From Candidatus Saccharimonadota bacterium (GTDB taxonomy: Bacteria > Patescibacteriota > Saccharimonadia > Saccharimonadales > UBA4665): a DNA stretch of 32,000 nucleotides. The position numbers were made by a program, and so were the translations under genes. The stretch lies in the NCBI GenBank assembly GCA_963716945.1, contig OY970322.1:660001-692000 (forward strand), written 5' to 3'. Below, in pieces: positions 16,686 through 24,400 of the stretch (position 1 is the stretch's first letter; every line of letters starts with the position of its first letter). The notes under the pieces are model-generated. The model ran no database searches and was not told where the DNA came from. It worked only from the letters and a program-made list of their open reading frames with translations.

Positions 16686-18257
16686 ATGCCACAAAAACCA
16701 CGCCCTACAACTGCTGCTGTCCGTACCGCTAGAGCGCGGCCGGTTAAGGATATCGTCACCGCCAAACAGCAGGCCGGCCAGTTCCCAAGTGTCGGAATGA
16801 CGCTGCGCAGCTACCAATATGACTCCGGGGACTATCACAAGCGGCCGGGCCGCGGGGCGGTAGTCGTCAATCGTAGCCGCTGGAAACGCTTCTGGCACAA
16901 AATCACCTGGAAGCGGACCATCCTGACCATAGTCGTAATACTGCTGCTGATCGGCGGCTGGGTAGGTGGCAAATTCGTCTACAATGCCCACAAGCTCTTT
17001 GGCGGCAATATCTTTAGCGTTCTGACGACGACCAAGCTAAGGGGTGAAGACACCGGCCGGGTCAATATCCTGCTGGCCGGCAACTCGGCCGACGATCCCG
17101 GCCATGACGGCGCTAACCTGACCGATTCGATTATGATTATCAGCATTGATACTCAGCACAATAAGGCTTTCCTGCTTAGCGTGCCGCGTGATCTGTGGGT
17201 TCATATTCCGGGTGCCGGCTACCAGAAGATCAATGACGCCTATGTCCAGGGCCAAGCCGATAATTTCAGCCAACCGGGCTACTTCCCTGGCGGCATGGGC
17301 CAATTGCAGCAGATAGTTTCACAGGATTTCGGGATTTCACTCAACTATTATGCCCTGGTTGACTACAGCGCGTTGCGTGACGCCGTCAACGCCGTCGGCG
17401 GCATACAGGTCAATATCCAAAGTACCGACCCCAGGGGGCTGTACGACCCCAGCATCGACTACGCCACCCACGGCCCGCTGGTTAGGCTAACCAACGGCGA
17501 GCACGTGCTAAACGGCGAGCAAGCCTTGGATCTTGCCCGCGCCAGAGGCGATGCCTACGGCTCTTACGGTTTCGCGGGGAGTGACTTTGAACGCACCCAG
17601 AACCAGCGCGAGATGCTGGTTGCCCTCAAAAACAAAGCCGTTACGGCCGGCGTCCTGGCCAACCCGGCCAAACTCAGCAGCCTGTTCGATGCCATCGGCA
17701 GCAACGTCAAAACGGACTTTAAGCTCAGTGAAGTCCACCGCTTGTACGACTTGACCAAGAACATCAGCGGTTCGAATATCCAGTCCCTAAGCCTGAACCA
17801 GGCTAACGGCAAGGACCTGTTGGCCAGTTATTCGGCGCCGGATGGCGAGTCGGCCCTGATTCCGGCGGCCGGTATCAATAACTTCAGCGCTATTCAGGCC
17901 TTTGTCAGGCAGCAAACCTCGTCTAATCCGGTCGTTCAAGAAGGCGCTACGGTAGTTGTCCTGAACGGCACCAACACGACCGGCCTAGCCCAAAAGGTCA
18001 AAACCGAATTAACGGCCAAACAGATCAGCGTCTCGTCCGTTGGCGACGCACCGACAACTTCCCAGACCACCACGGCGATTATCGATGATTCGGGCGGCAA
18101 GAAGCCGGCTACCTCGGCTGCGCTGGTTAAGATTTTTGGTAACCACCTGACAACTCAAAACGTTTACGGACTCAATTACAATGCCGACTTTATTATCATT
18201 TTAGGCACCGACCAGACGACGCCGCCGGCCAGTTCGACGACGACATCGGGCCAATAG
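16686..18257 (+). CDS. LytR-CpsA-Psr (LCP) family cell-wall glycopolymer ligase with LytR_C-like C-terminal domain
   Basis: N-terminal TM helix ILTIVVILLLIGGWVGG. LCP core RVNILLAGNSADDPGHDGANLTDSIMIISID...SVPRDLWVHIPG...KINDAY. C-terminal VVVLNGTNTTGLAQKV. Thr/Ser/Pro-rich tail. Confidence 0.85.
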   Translation: MPQKPRPTTAAVRTARARPVKDIVTAKQQAGQFPSVGMTLRSYQYDSGDYHKRPGRGAVVVNRSRWKRFWHKITWKRTILTIVVILLLIGGWVGGKFVYNAHKLFGGNIFSVLTTTKLRGEDTGRVNILLAGNSADDPGHDGANLTDSIMIISIDTQHNKAFLLSVPRDLWVHIPGAGYQKINDAYVQGQADNFSQPGYFPGGMGQLQQIVSQDFGISLNYYALVDYSALRDAVNAVGGIQVNIQSTDPRGLYDPSIDYATHGPLVRLTNGEHVLNGEQALDLARARGDAYGSYGFAGSDFERTQNQREMLVALKNKAVTAGVLANPAKLSSLFDAIGSNVKTDFKLSEVHRLYDLTKNISGSNIQSLSLNQANGKDLLASYSAPDGESALIPAAGINNFSAIQAFVRQQTSSNPVVQEGATVVVLNGTNTTGLAQKVKTELTAKQISVSSVGDAPTTSQTTTAIIDDSGGKKPATSAALVKIFGNHLTTQNVYGLNYNADFIIILGTDQTTPPASSTTTSGQ

Positions 18258-18261
18258 TCGT

Positions 18262-18290
18262 CTACTTCGGTCAAAAAGTAGTATTATAGA
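18262..18290 (+). promoter_or_regulatory. inverted repeat CTACTT-N8-AAGTAG followed by TATTATAGA (-10-like), upstream of the Crp-family gene
   Basis: The 6-bp arms are at 18262-18267 and 18276-18281. TATAGA lies 7 nt upstream of ATG 18298. Confidence 0.3.
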
Positions 18291-18297
18291 TAAGACT

Positions 18298-19002
18298 ATG
18301 AGCGACCAAGTAGCATTGAACTATCTGCACGCGTTTCTCCAGCGCCATCCGTCGCGCACTTTTAAGAAAAAAGAGATTATAGTTTTCCAAGGCGAAGCGC
18401 CCCGCCAGGCTTTCGTTGTCAAAAGCGGTACCGTCAAGGCGTACAACCTGAGTGTCAGCGGCGATGAGAAACCGGTGGCGTTCTATGAGGCGGATAGCGT
18501 TTTTCCGGCGTCCTGGGTCTACGGCAAAGCGGCTAGCGCGACCTACTATTACGAAGCCTTTACGCCGACCGCAGAGGTCTACCTGATTGACCGGCAAGAG
18601 TTCGTTACTTTCATTAAGAAGCGTCCGGAGCTGCTTTATCAGGAGATGGAGCGGCTGCTGGCCGAACAGCTGGGCAGCTCGATCCGGCTGAACGCCTTGC
18701 AGCATTCGCGGGCCAGCGACAAACTGGTTTATACGCTCCACTACCTGGCCTTATCGCACGGCCGTCCGGCCGGCAAGGACACCATTGAACTAACCCTCAA
18801 CCTGACCCACCAGGACCTGGCCAATTTGACCGGGCTGACCCGAGAAACGGCAGCCACGGAGCTCAATAAGCTCAAGAAACAGGGTATTATAGATTACGGC
18901 AAGCAAACCCCGTACAGGTTGGATGTCAGCCGCTTGATGAAACTGCTTAATGACGAGTTTATAGCCGATTTGCAGTCTACTTCGCTACTTGCTTCTGCTT
19001 AA
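18298..19002 (+). CDS. Crp/Fnr-family transcriptional regulator (no Fe-S cysteines)
   Basis: N-terminal cNMP-binding-like region (IIVFQGEAP...VKSGTVKAY). C-terminal HTH THQDLANLTGLTRETAATELNKLKKQGII. The protein contains no Cys. Confidence 0.8.
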   Translation: MSDQVALNYLHAFLQRHPSRTFKKKEIIVFQGEAPRQAFVVKSGTVKAYNLSVSGDEKPVAFYEADSVFPASWVYGKAASATYYYEAFTPTAEVYLIDRQEFVTFIKKRPELLYQEMERLLAEQLGSSIRLNALQHSRASDKLVYTLHYLALSHGRPAGKDTIELTLNLTHQDLANLTGLTRETAATELNKLKKQGIIDYGKQTPYRLDVSRLMKLLNDEFIADLQSTSLLASA

Positions 19003-19381
19003 GGCCGCTGCCTTTGCCGTCCAGGCTGTCGCTGATGACCTTGGCGAGGTTGTGAGGCGCGGTCCAGGATTTGATAATACAGCGGTGGGCACCGAGCTTA
19101 TAAGCTTCGGCTACTTCGGGGGAGTTCTCCATATTGGTAAAAATCAGGACTTTGGCATGCGGATTTTTCTTCATGCTGCTCCACTGCTGCAAGAACTCCA
19201 ACCCCCCCATCACCGGCATTAGCAGGTCGAGTAGGATCAGGTCCGGCGTGAAATCAGCCAACTTATCAAGGGCTTCTTGACCGTCAAAGGCTGCCACCAC
19301 CTGATGGCCTTCATGCCTCAGGATGATGCCGTATGCCCTGTTCAGGTCCTGGTCATCTTCTACAACTAAAATCTTGGCCAC
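18977..19381 (-). CDS. single-domain response regulator (receiver only, CheY/Spo0F-like)
   Basis: GTG start with GGAG 6 nt upstream. ILVVEDD, LILLDLLMPVMGG (phospho-acceptor Asp), VLIFTN, CIIKS. No output domain. 134 aa. Confidence 0.85.
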   Translation of the reverse strand: MAKILVVEDDQDLNRAYGIILRHEGHQVVAAFDGQEALDKLADFTPDLILLDLLMPVMGGLEFLQQWSSMKKNPHAKVLIFTNMENSPEVAEAYKLGAHRCIIKSWTAPHNLAKVISDSLDGKGSGLKQKQVAK

Positions 19382-19467
19382 GGCTGTCTCCGGCTTAGGT
19401 GTTTACCATCTATTTATAGCATAACCCGGGCTGAGAAGTGTCTGATTTTTTACAAATTCATCCAAGT

Positions 19468-20622
19468 TTAATGAAGTCCGGCCGGTTTGGCGCGTTTTGG
19501 CCGGGTTTTCTGCCTCGGCAGGCTGAAGGAGAAGGTCGTTCCGTTCTCTTCGTCGCTGACGAACCAGATATGGCCGTCCAAAGCGTCGACCAAGCCTTTG
19601 ACCAGGTATAGGCCGAGGCCGGTGCCGGTCGTTTCGCGCTTAACTATATTGTGGGCCCGGAAAAACTTGCTGAAAACCTGATCCTGGGAATCCTTGGGTA
19701 TGCCCCAGCCCCGGTCGACGATATCGACGACAATGCTGGCCGCCTGCGGGCGCACGACTACCTCTACGCTGCCGGCTTCGGGCGTATATTTGATGGCGTT
19801 GGAAACCAGGTTGGTAATTATTTCCTTGACGATCAAGGCGTCCGTCTTGATGCTGGTGCTGTGCCGCCCTTTGGTAACGGTCGACAACCGGACTGATTTG
19901 CTGCCGGCCGTCAAGGACAGTTCCTTGATGACTTCCTCGGCGATCTTATCAATACGCAAAAGTTTAGGCGTTACGCCGATAGTACCGCTCTCCATACGGG
20001 TTATGTTGAGCAAGGTGCTAATCAGCTCGTTCATACGGTCCGAAGCGCTGATAATGGTGCTCAACGATTTCTTCTGGGACTGGTTGAGCTTGCCTGAATA
20101 GCCGTCATACAGCATGTGGGTGTAGGTCTTAATGGCCGATAGCGGCGTACGCAGTTGATGGGAGGCCAGCGATATGAACTCGCTTTTCATGCGGTCGATC
20201 TCCTGTTCCAGCGTAATGTCGCGGAAAACCTCGATCGCGCCTAGCGGCTTGCCATTGAGCAGAATCGGCGAAGCGTTGATAGCCAGGGCGATTTTCTGGC
20301 CGTTCTTGCGCCGGTAATAAGTCTTTTCGGCAATCGGCTTGCCGGTCAGGAAGGCTTTGGTGATTGGCCGCTCGATAAGCGTGATGGGTTTGTCGTCGGC
20401 CGTGACGGCGACGATTTTCTTAGGGAACCAGGTGCCGATCAGCTCCTTCTCGCTGTAGCCCAATAACTCTTGGGCGGCCGGGTTGACACGCGTAATCCGG
20501 CCGAATTCGTCGGTTGAAATGGCGCCGTCACCGATACTGGTGAATAGGGCTTCGGCTTCGGCGCGTTGCTCGTGGGCGGTTAGCTTGGACTTGGGCGAGG
20601 GGTCGTCGAACTGATGGGGCAT
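19468..20622 (-). CDS. soluble PAS-domain sensor histidine kinase
   Basis: PAS (FGRITRVNPAAQELLGYSEKELIG), H-box SLASHQLRTPLSAI, N-box LVSNAIKYT, G-boxes DRGWGIP and GTGLGLYLV. No hydrophobic TM segment. Confidence 0.85.
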   Translation of the reverse strand: MPHQFDDPSPKSKLTAHEQRAEAEALFTSIGDGAISTDEFGRITRVNPAAQELLGYSEKELIGTWFPKKIVAVTADDKPITLIERPITKAFLTGKPIAEKTYYRRKNGQKIALAINASPILLNGKPLGAIEVFRDITLEQEIDRMKSEFISLASHQLRTPLSAIKTYTHMLYDGYSGKLNQSQKKSLSTIISASDRMNELISTLLNITRMESGTIGVTPKLLRIDKIAEEVIKELSLTAGSKSVRLSTVTKGRHSTSIKTDALIVKEIITNLVSNAIKYTPEAGSVEVVVRPQAASIVVDIVDRGWGIPKDSQDQVFSKFFRAHNIVKRETTGTGLGLYLVKGLVDALDGHIWFVSDEENGTTFSFSLPRQKTRPKRAKPAGLH

Positions 20623-20634
20623 GGGTTTATTATC

Positions 20635-20907
20635 CTATGGACGTTTAGATTTGGCGTGGTCACCGGCCAGTTTCTGTAACTCGTTAGTATACTCTTCGAC
20701 CAGTCCGTTGTCTTCAGTTAGGAGCGAAACGACTACTTTGATCCAGTCAATTAAGCTGAGCAGGTCGGCTTGTGATAATTCGTCGGGTGACTTGTGCAAG
20801 TGGTTTTCTACCTGTCGGGCGATAAAGCGGTCGGCGGCCGGGCCGAGGTACACGTGCGTCACCCGCACCACCTGGTCATAGATCGTAGAGCCGGCCGGCG
20901 CGGACAT
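20635..20907 (-). CDS. hypothetical 90-aa probably helical protein, translationally coupled between the membrane protein and the kinase
   Basis: A GGAG/AAGG Shine-Dalgarno lies inside the end of the upstream gene. Starts 3 nt after that gene's stop. Ends with a TAG that is in frame with the kinase start 12 nt downstream. I recognise no domain. Confidence 0.5.
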   Translation of the reverse strand: MSAPAGSTIYDQVVRVTHVYLGPAADRFIARQVENHLHKSPDELSQADLLSLIDWIKVVVSLLTEDNGLVEEYTNELQKLAGDHAKSKRP

Positions 20908-20910
20908 ACC

Positions 20911-21864
20911 TTATATCTCCTCGATCTTTTTTAGTTTGGTGGCGCCGATGGCCAGGAGAATGAAGCCGCTGCCCCCTACCAGCCGGAAAACTGAGGCCAA
21001 AACCAGATGGTAGCCGAACATCAGGCGCCCGACACGCGGCTGGATGCCCGTCATGTACTGCAGGGCAATGGAGCTGGCGATGATGACAGCCAGGCCGACA
21101 ACCAGCAAGCGCAGGGCCTGCCGATATAGGACGCCTTCGGTATGTTGGCTGAAAAGCGTGATTTCGTAGGCCGCGAGCAAGCCAATGAACCACATGTAGA
21201 GGTAAGGAATAATGACGCTTATAACCATTAACCAAATCGGCAAGAAATACGGATTCTGGGTCGACGATAAGCTGCTCAGGTCAAAACGCCGGAAAGTCAT
21301 ATAGCAGTACAGAATACCGGCTGCCAGGAAAAGCGTCATAATAAGGCGGATACTGGTCAGGCTGAGCCTGAGCTTGGCCTGGGCGACGAGGCCCCGCGAG
21401 GCCGCGCCGATAATACTGAAGGCCACCAGCGGCAGCAGCAGGCCCAAGTAATTATTTATAATAATAGAAGCCGAATAAAACCCGGCCTGCTGGTCGCCGA
21501 TGGTGCTGATTAACAGTGATAATATAGTGGCCGCGGGCAGGCTCCAAGCCAGCCAGGCGCAGCCGGTAGCGAGCCTGTCCAGATAGGGCCCCTCAGGTGT
21601 TTTCCGGACCAGGCTGACATATTCGCGAAGCTTGGCGTAGCCGACGAAAGCCGCCAGCCAGGCTACTATCGAGGGCAGCCCGATAATGAACAGGATGGCT
21701 CTATATTCCAGTGGCGACAGGCCGTAAGCGTTTATGGTAGCCTGGCTGGGCGGCAGCACGAAGATCAAGACGGCGTAGACAAGGGCCAGCCCGCAGCCTC
21801 GCCGCAGGGCCTGAGCAGTCAACTGAGCAGTTTGTCGTTTGGTTGCCATTGTCCGCCGATTCAA
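20911..21864 (-). CDS. uncharacterized polytopic membrane protein (about 8 TM), first gene of the signalling operon
   Basis: 317 aa from TTG 21864 (alternative ATG at 21849). Hydrophobic helices throughout. No family recognised. Confidence 0.6.
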   Translation of the reverse strand: MNRRTMATKRQTAQLTAQALRRGCGLALVYAVLIFVLPPSQATINAYGLSPLEYRAILFIIGLPSIVAWLAAFVGYAKLREYVSLVRKTPEGPYLDRLATGCAWLAWSLPAATILSLLISTIGDQQAGFYSASIIINNYLGLLLPLVAFSIIGAASRGLVAQAKLRLSLTSIRLIMTLFLAAGILYCYMTFRRFDLSSLSSTQNPYFLPIWLMVISVIIPYLYMWFIGLLAAYEITLFSQHTEGVLYRQALRLLVVGLAVIIASSIALQYMTGIQPRVGRLMFGYHLVLASVFRLVGGSGFILLAIGATKLKKIEEI

Positions 21865-21872
21865 TATTTAAT

Positions 21873-21975
21873 AGGCGATATCTCGCCTAACCTTCCATAC
21901 TATTAAAACATAGCCGGTAGCGGCTGTTGGTAAGATTTTCAACAGACGGCAGCCGGCTTGCTTGTGCTTGCCGTC
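21873..21975. promoter_or_regulatory. three short inverted repeats in the 134-bp divergent intergenic region
   Basis: AGGCGA-TATC-TCGCCT (21873-21888). CTGTTG-N10-CAACAG (21924-21945). GACGGCA-N17-TGCCGTC (21945-21975). Confidence 0.35.
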
Positions 21976-21998
21976 CGGGTCGGTAATAATAGCCTCAT

Positions 21999-22937
21999 AT
22001 GAAGCCGGAAGCCGTGAAGCTGCGACCTAGTAGGCGTTACATACTTGTAGTTCTGGTACTGCTGCTGGCCCTGTACGTACTGGCACCGCAGGTTGGTGAT
22101 TTTCACTCCAGCTGGCGGCTCCTGCGCCGGCCTGAGCCGGGCTGGACTATCGCGGCCATCGGTTTCACCCTGACGACGTATCTGTCGGCGGCGTCTAACT
22201 ACTGGTTGCTGGCTTTACGGCCCTTGAGCTACGGCCGGACGGTTGTGGTGCAGCTGGCCGCGATGTTCATCAATCGCCTGCTACCCGGCGGCGTAGGCGC
22301 GCTAGGTGTTAACTATGCCTATCTTAGGCGGCAGGGCCTGGGCGGTACCAATGCCGCCAGTGTCGTCGCTCTAAATAACCTAATGGGGGTAGCGGGAAAC
22401 GGGCTGCTTGTCGTCAGCCTGGTATTTTTATTTGCCCGCACCTCAACACAACCGGATTACGGCCACACGGTCGGTACGTGGCTGAAAGTAACTCTGCTGG
22501 CCGCGATAGTGCTCGTAGTTGTCCTGCTGGCGCTCGGGCCCGGGAAGTATAAGAAGCAGTTTGTTAAGTTGCGGGCTCAGTTGAGCGGCTATCGCCGCCA
22601 GCCCTGGCGATTACCGGCCGCGTTAGGCAGTTCCATGCTGCTGACACTGGGTAACGTGCTGTGTTTAGGGGCTTGTGCTTTGGCGTTAGGCGTACACCTG
22701 CCGTTCGCCATTATATTGCTTATATTGACTCTGGGGGTAGGCGCCGGGGCGGCCACCCCTACGCCCGGGGGCCTGGGGGGCTTTGAGGCCGGGCTGGCAG
22801 CCGGCTTCGTGGCTTACGGCGTGGACAGCTCGGCAGCTCTGGCGGTCGCCTTGCTCTACCGGCTGGTCAGCTACTGGCTGCCGATAATTTTCGGCGCGCC
22901 GGCTTTGGTGGTTTGCCGCCGGCGAAGCTGGTTTTAG
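21999..22937 (+). CDS. LPG_synthase_TM / UPF0104 family ('flippase-like') membrane protein
   Basis: 312 aa. NRLLPGGVGALGVNYAYLRRQG and ATPTPGGLGGFEAGLAAG, which I recall as hallmarks of the family. Confidence 0.7.
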   Translation: MKPEAVKLRPSRRYILVVLVLLLALYVLAPQVGDFHSSWRLLRRPEPGWTIAAIGFTLTTYLSAASNYWLLALRPLSYGRTVVVQLAAMFINRLLPGGVGALGVNYAYLRRQGLGGTNAASVVALNNLMGVAGNGLLVVSLVFLFARTSTQPDYGHTVGTWLKVTLLAAIVLVVVLLALGPGKYKKQFVKLRAQLSGYRRQPWRLPAALGSSMLLTLGNVLCLGACALALGVHLPFAIILLILTLGVGAGAATPTPGGLGGFEAGLAAGFVAYGVDSSAALAVALLYRLVSYWLPIIFGAPALVVCRRRSWF

Positions 22938-22947
22938 CGGCTTGGGG

Positions 22948-23610
22948 CTAATGCAGGATGTTGACGGCCCGGGCAGCGACCAGCGCCACTGATACCAGTG
23001 ATAAGGTGGCCTGGGCCAGCATCAGGATTTTGGCGCGGCGGCTCAAGGGCATGGTATCGGTCGGACTGAAGGCCATGCCGTTCGTCGATGAGACATATAA
23101 GTAATCAATAAAGGTCGGCTGCCAGTGGGGATGCCGGTAGTCTTCATGCTGATTCTGCGGGAACAAGAAGTCTTGTTCGTTCTTAGCAGCCAGCAGCCGT
23201 TGTCCCGGCCCGCCGCCATCCATTTCCCAGTACCACAGGCCAAAAATAATAATATTGGTTATGTAGATGTTAACCGCCGTCAGAATCAGCTCGCGGCCGT
23301 TATTAACCTGGCCGGTCTGGAGGAGCCGCCTGGTCACTTCGACCAGACCGTAGCCGTTAGCCACGCTAATCAGGAAAATCAGCAAGAAAACGTTAATCCG
23401 GCGGCTGATCGATTTAAAGATTCGTTCTCTGGGCGTCGTAAAGGACATCGCCACCAGCAGCAGGCCCTCGATGCCGATAAGAATGTATCGTGAACCGAAA
23501 ACATATCTGTCCGGCAGCAGCAGCTGCAAGAAAATGGCCACCAGCATCGTTACCTGGACGTGCCAGACCGGCTCGTGCTGCCGGTTCTTGTTGCGCAAAA
23601 AGGTAGTCAT
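22948..23610 (-). CDS. DUF1345-like membrane protein
   Basis: 220 aa, about 5 TM. YWEMDGGGP and the C-terminal DYLYVSSTNGMAFSPTDTMPLSRRAKILMLAQATLSL resemble DUF1345 as I recall it. Confidence 0.55.
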   Translation of the reverse strand: MTTFLRNKNRQHEPVWHVQVTMLVAIFLQLLLPDRYVFGSRYILIGIEGLLLVAMSFTTPRERIFKSISRRINVFLLIFLISVANGYGLVEVTRRLLQTGQVNNGRELILTAVNIYITNIIIFGLWYWEMDGGGPGQRLLAAKNEQDFLFPQNQHEDYRHPHWQPTFIDYLYVSSTNGMAFSPTDTMPLSRRAKILMLAQATLSLVSVALVAARAVNILH

Positions 23611-23618
23611 CTCAAGGT

Positions 23619-23624
23619 ATTGTA
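23619..23624 (-). promoter_or_regulatory. candidate -10 box TACAAT, 8 nt upstream of ATG 23610
   Basis: Reverse strand reads TACAAT-ACCTTGAG-ATG. Confidence 0.3.
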
Positions 23625-23650
23625 AATCATACCCCGTGAAAATAGAAAGC

Positions 23651-24397
23651 CTACATCTGTATGCGGTTGAAGCGGTTAACCGCGAACAACAGGCAGACCA
23701 CGAAAGTCACAGCCATGACCAGCAGATCTTTGGCAATGCCGAAGTGAGTTTGGTTGGCCAGCAGATAACGCAAAGCGTCAACCATATAGGTAACCGGGTT
23801 GATACTGCTGACGATCTTAAGGCCGACCGGGACATTGGTCAGCGGGTAGAGCGCGCTGGAAAGGAAGAACATCGGCATGACCAATAGGTTATTGATGCCC
23901 TGGAAGCCCTGGAAATCATCGACCATGGAGGCGATGCCGGCACCAAAGCTCGTCAAAGCGACGCACATCAGTACCAACACCAGGAAAGCCGCCGGAACCA
24001 GCGTCCAGTCGTGCGGCCGGAAACCCAGGAACATTGAGATCGTGAAAACCAGGATACCTTGGAATATCGAAATGGTAGCCCCGCCAAGGGCGCTCCCCAG
24101 CAGAATTTTGATCCGTGATACCGGCGCGACCAGCATTTCGGCCAAGAAGCCGAACCGCTTGTCCTGGAGGATAATCATGCCCCAGAAAATACCCGACAAC
24201 AGAACGGTCTGGGTAATAATACCAGGTACCAGGAACTGCAGGTAGTTGCCTTCGCCGGCCCGGCGGTAGATCGCGCCGATACCGTAACCGAGTGCCAGCA
24301 ATAACAAGATCGGCTGTCCCAGCGTCCCCAGCAGGCGGGAGCCGCTGCGCCAATAGCGCCTGACTTGCCTAAGCCACAAAACGTAAAGTATATCCAT
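23651..24397 (-). CDS. ABC-2 type exporter permease
   Basis: 248 aa, 6 TM. Begins 3 nt after the ATPase stop. Typical ABC-2 N-terminus LWLRQVRRYWRSGSRLLGTLGQPIL. Confidence 0.75.
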   Translation of the reverse strand: MDILYVLWLRQVRRYWRSGSRLLGTLGQPILLLLALGYGIGAIYRRAGEGNYLQFLVPGIITQTVLLSGIFWGMIILQDKRFGFLAEMLVAPVSRIKILLGSALGGATISIFQGILVFTISMFLGFRPHDWTLVPAAFLVLVLMCVALTSFGAGIASMVDDFQGFQGINNLLVMPMFFLSSALYPLTNVPVGLKIVSSINPVTYMVDALRYLLANQTHFGIAKDLLVMAVTFVVCLLFAVNRFNRIQM

Positions 24398-24400
24398 GGC

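Noticed and set aside
18298-19002. The Crp/Fnr-family regulator as an O2-sensing Fnr controlling the nearby oxidase
   Set aside because: The protein contains no cysteine at all, so it cannot bind an Fnr-type Fe-S cluster. I also found no TTGAT-N4-ATCAA site upstream of cyoA or ndh.
21865-21998. A tRNA or small RNA gene in the largest intergenic gap
   Set aside because: There is no cloverleaf-compatible arrangement and no T-loop GTTCNANNC-like motif. The three stems are separate short dyads, so I report them only as regulatory candidates.
18300-23650. A possible lower-GC island covering the signalling block and the DUF1345 gene
   Set aside because: My hand counts of single 60-nt lines ranged from 23/60 to 34/60 G+C inside the region. 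Outside it they ranged from 31/60 to 38/60, so the two ranges overlap. This is too sparse to support a compositional boundary. A sliding-window GC and codon-usage calculation is needed.
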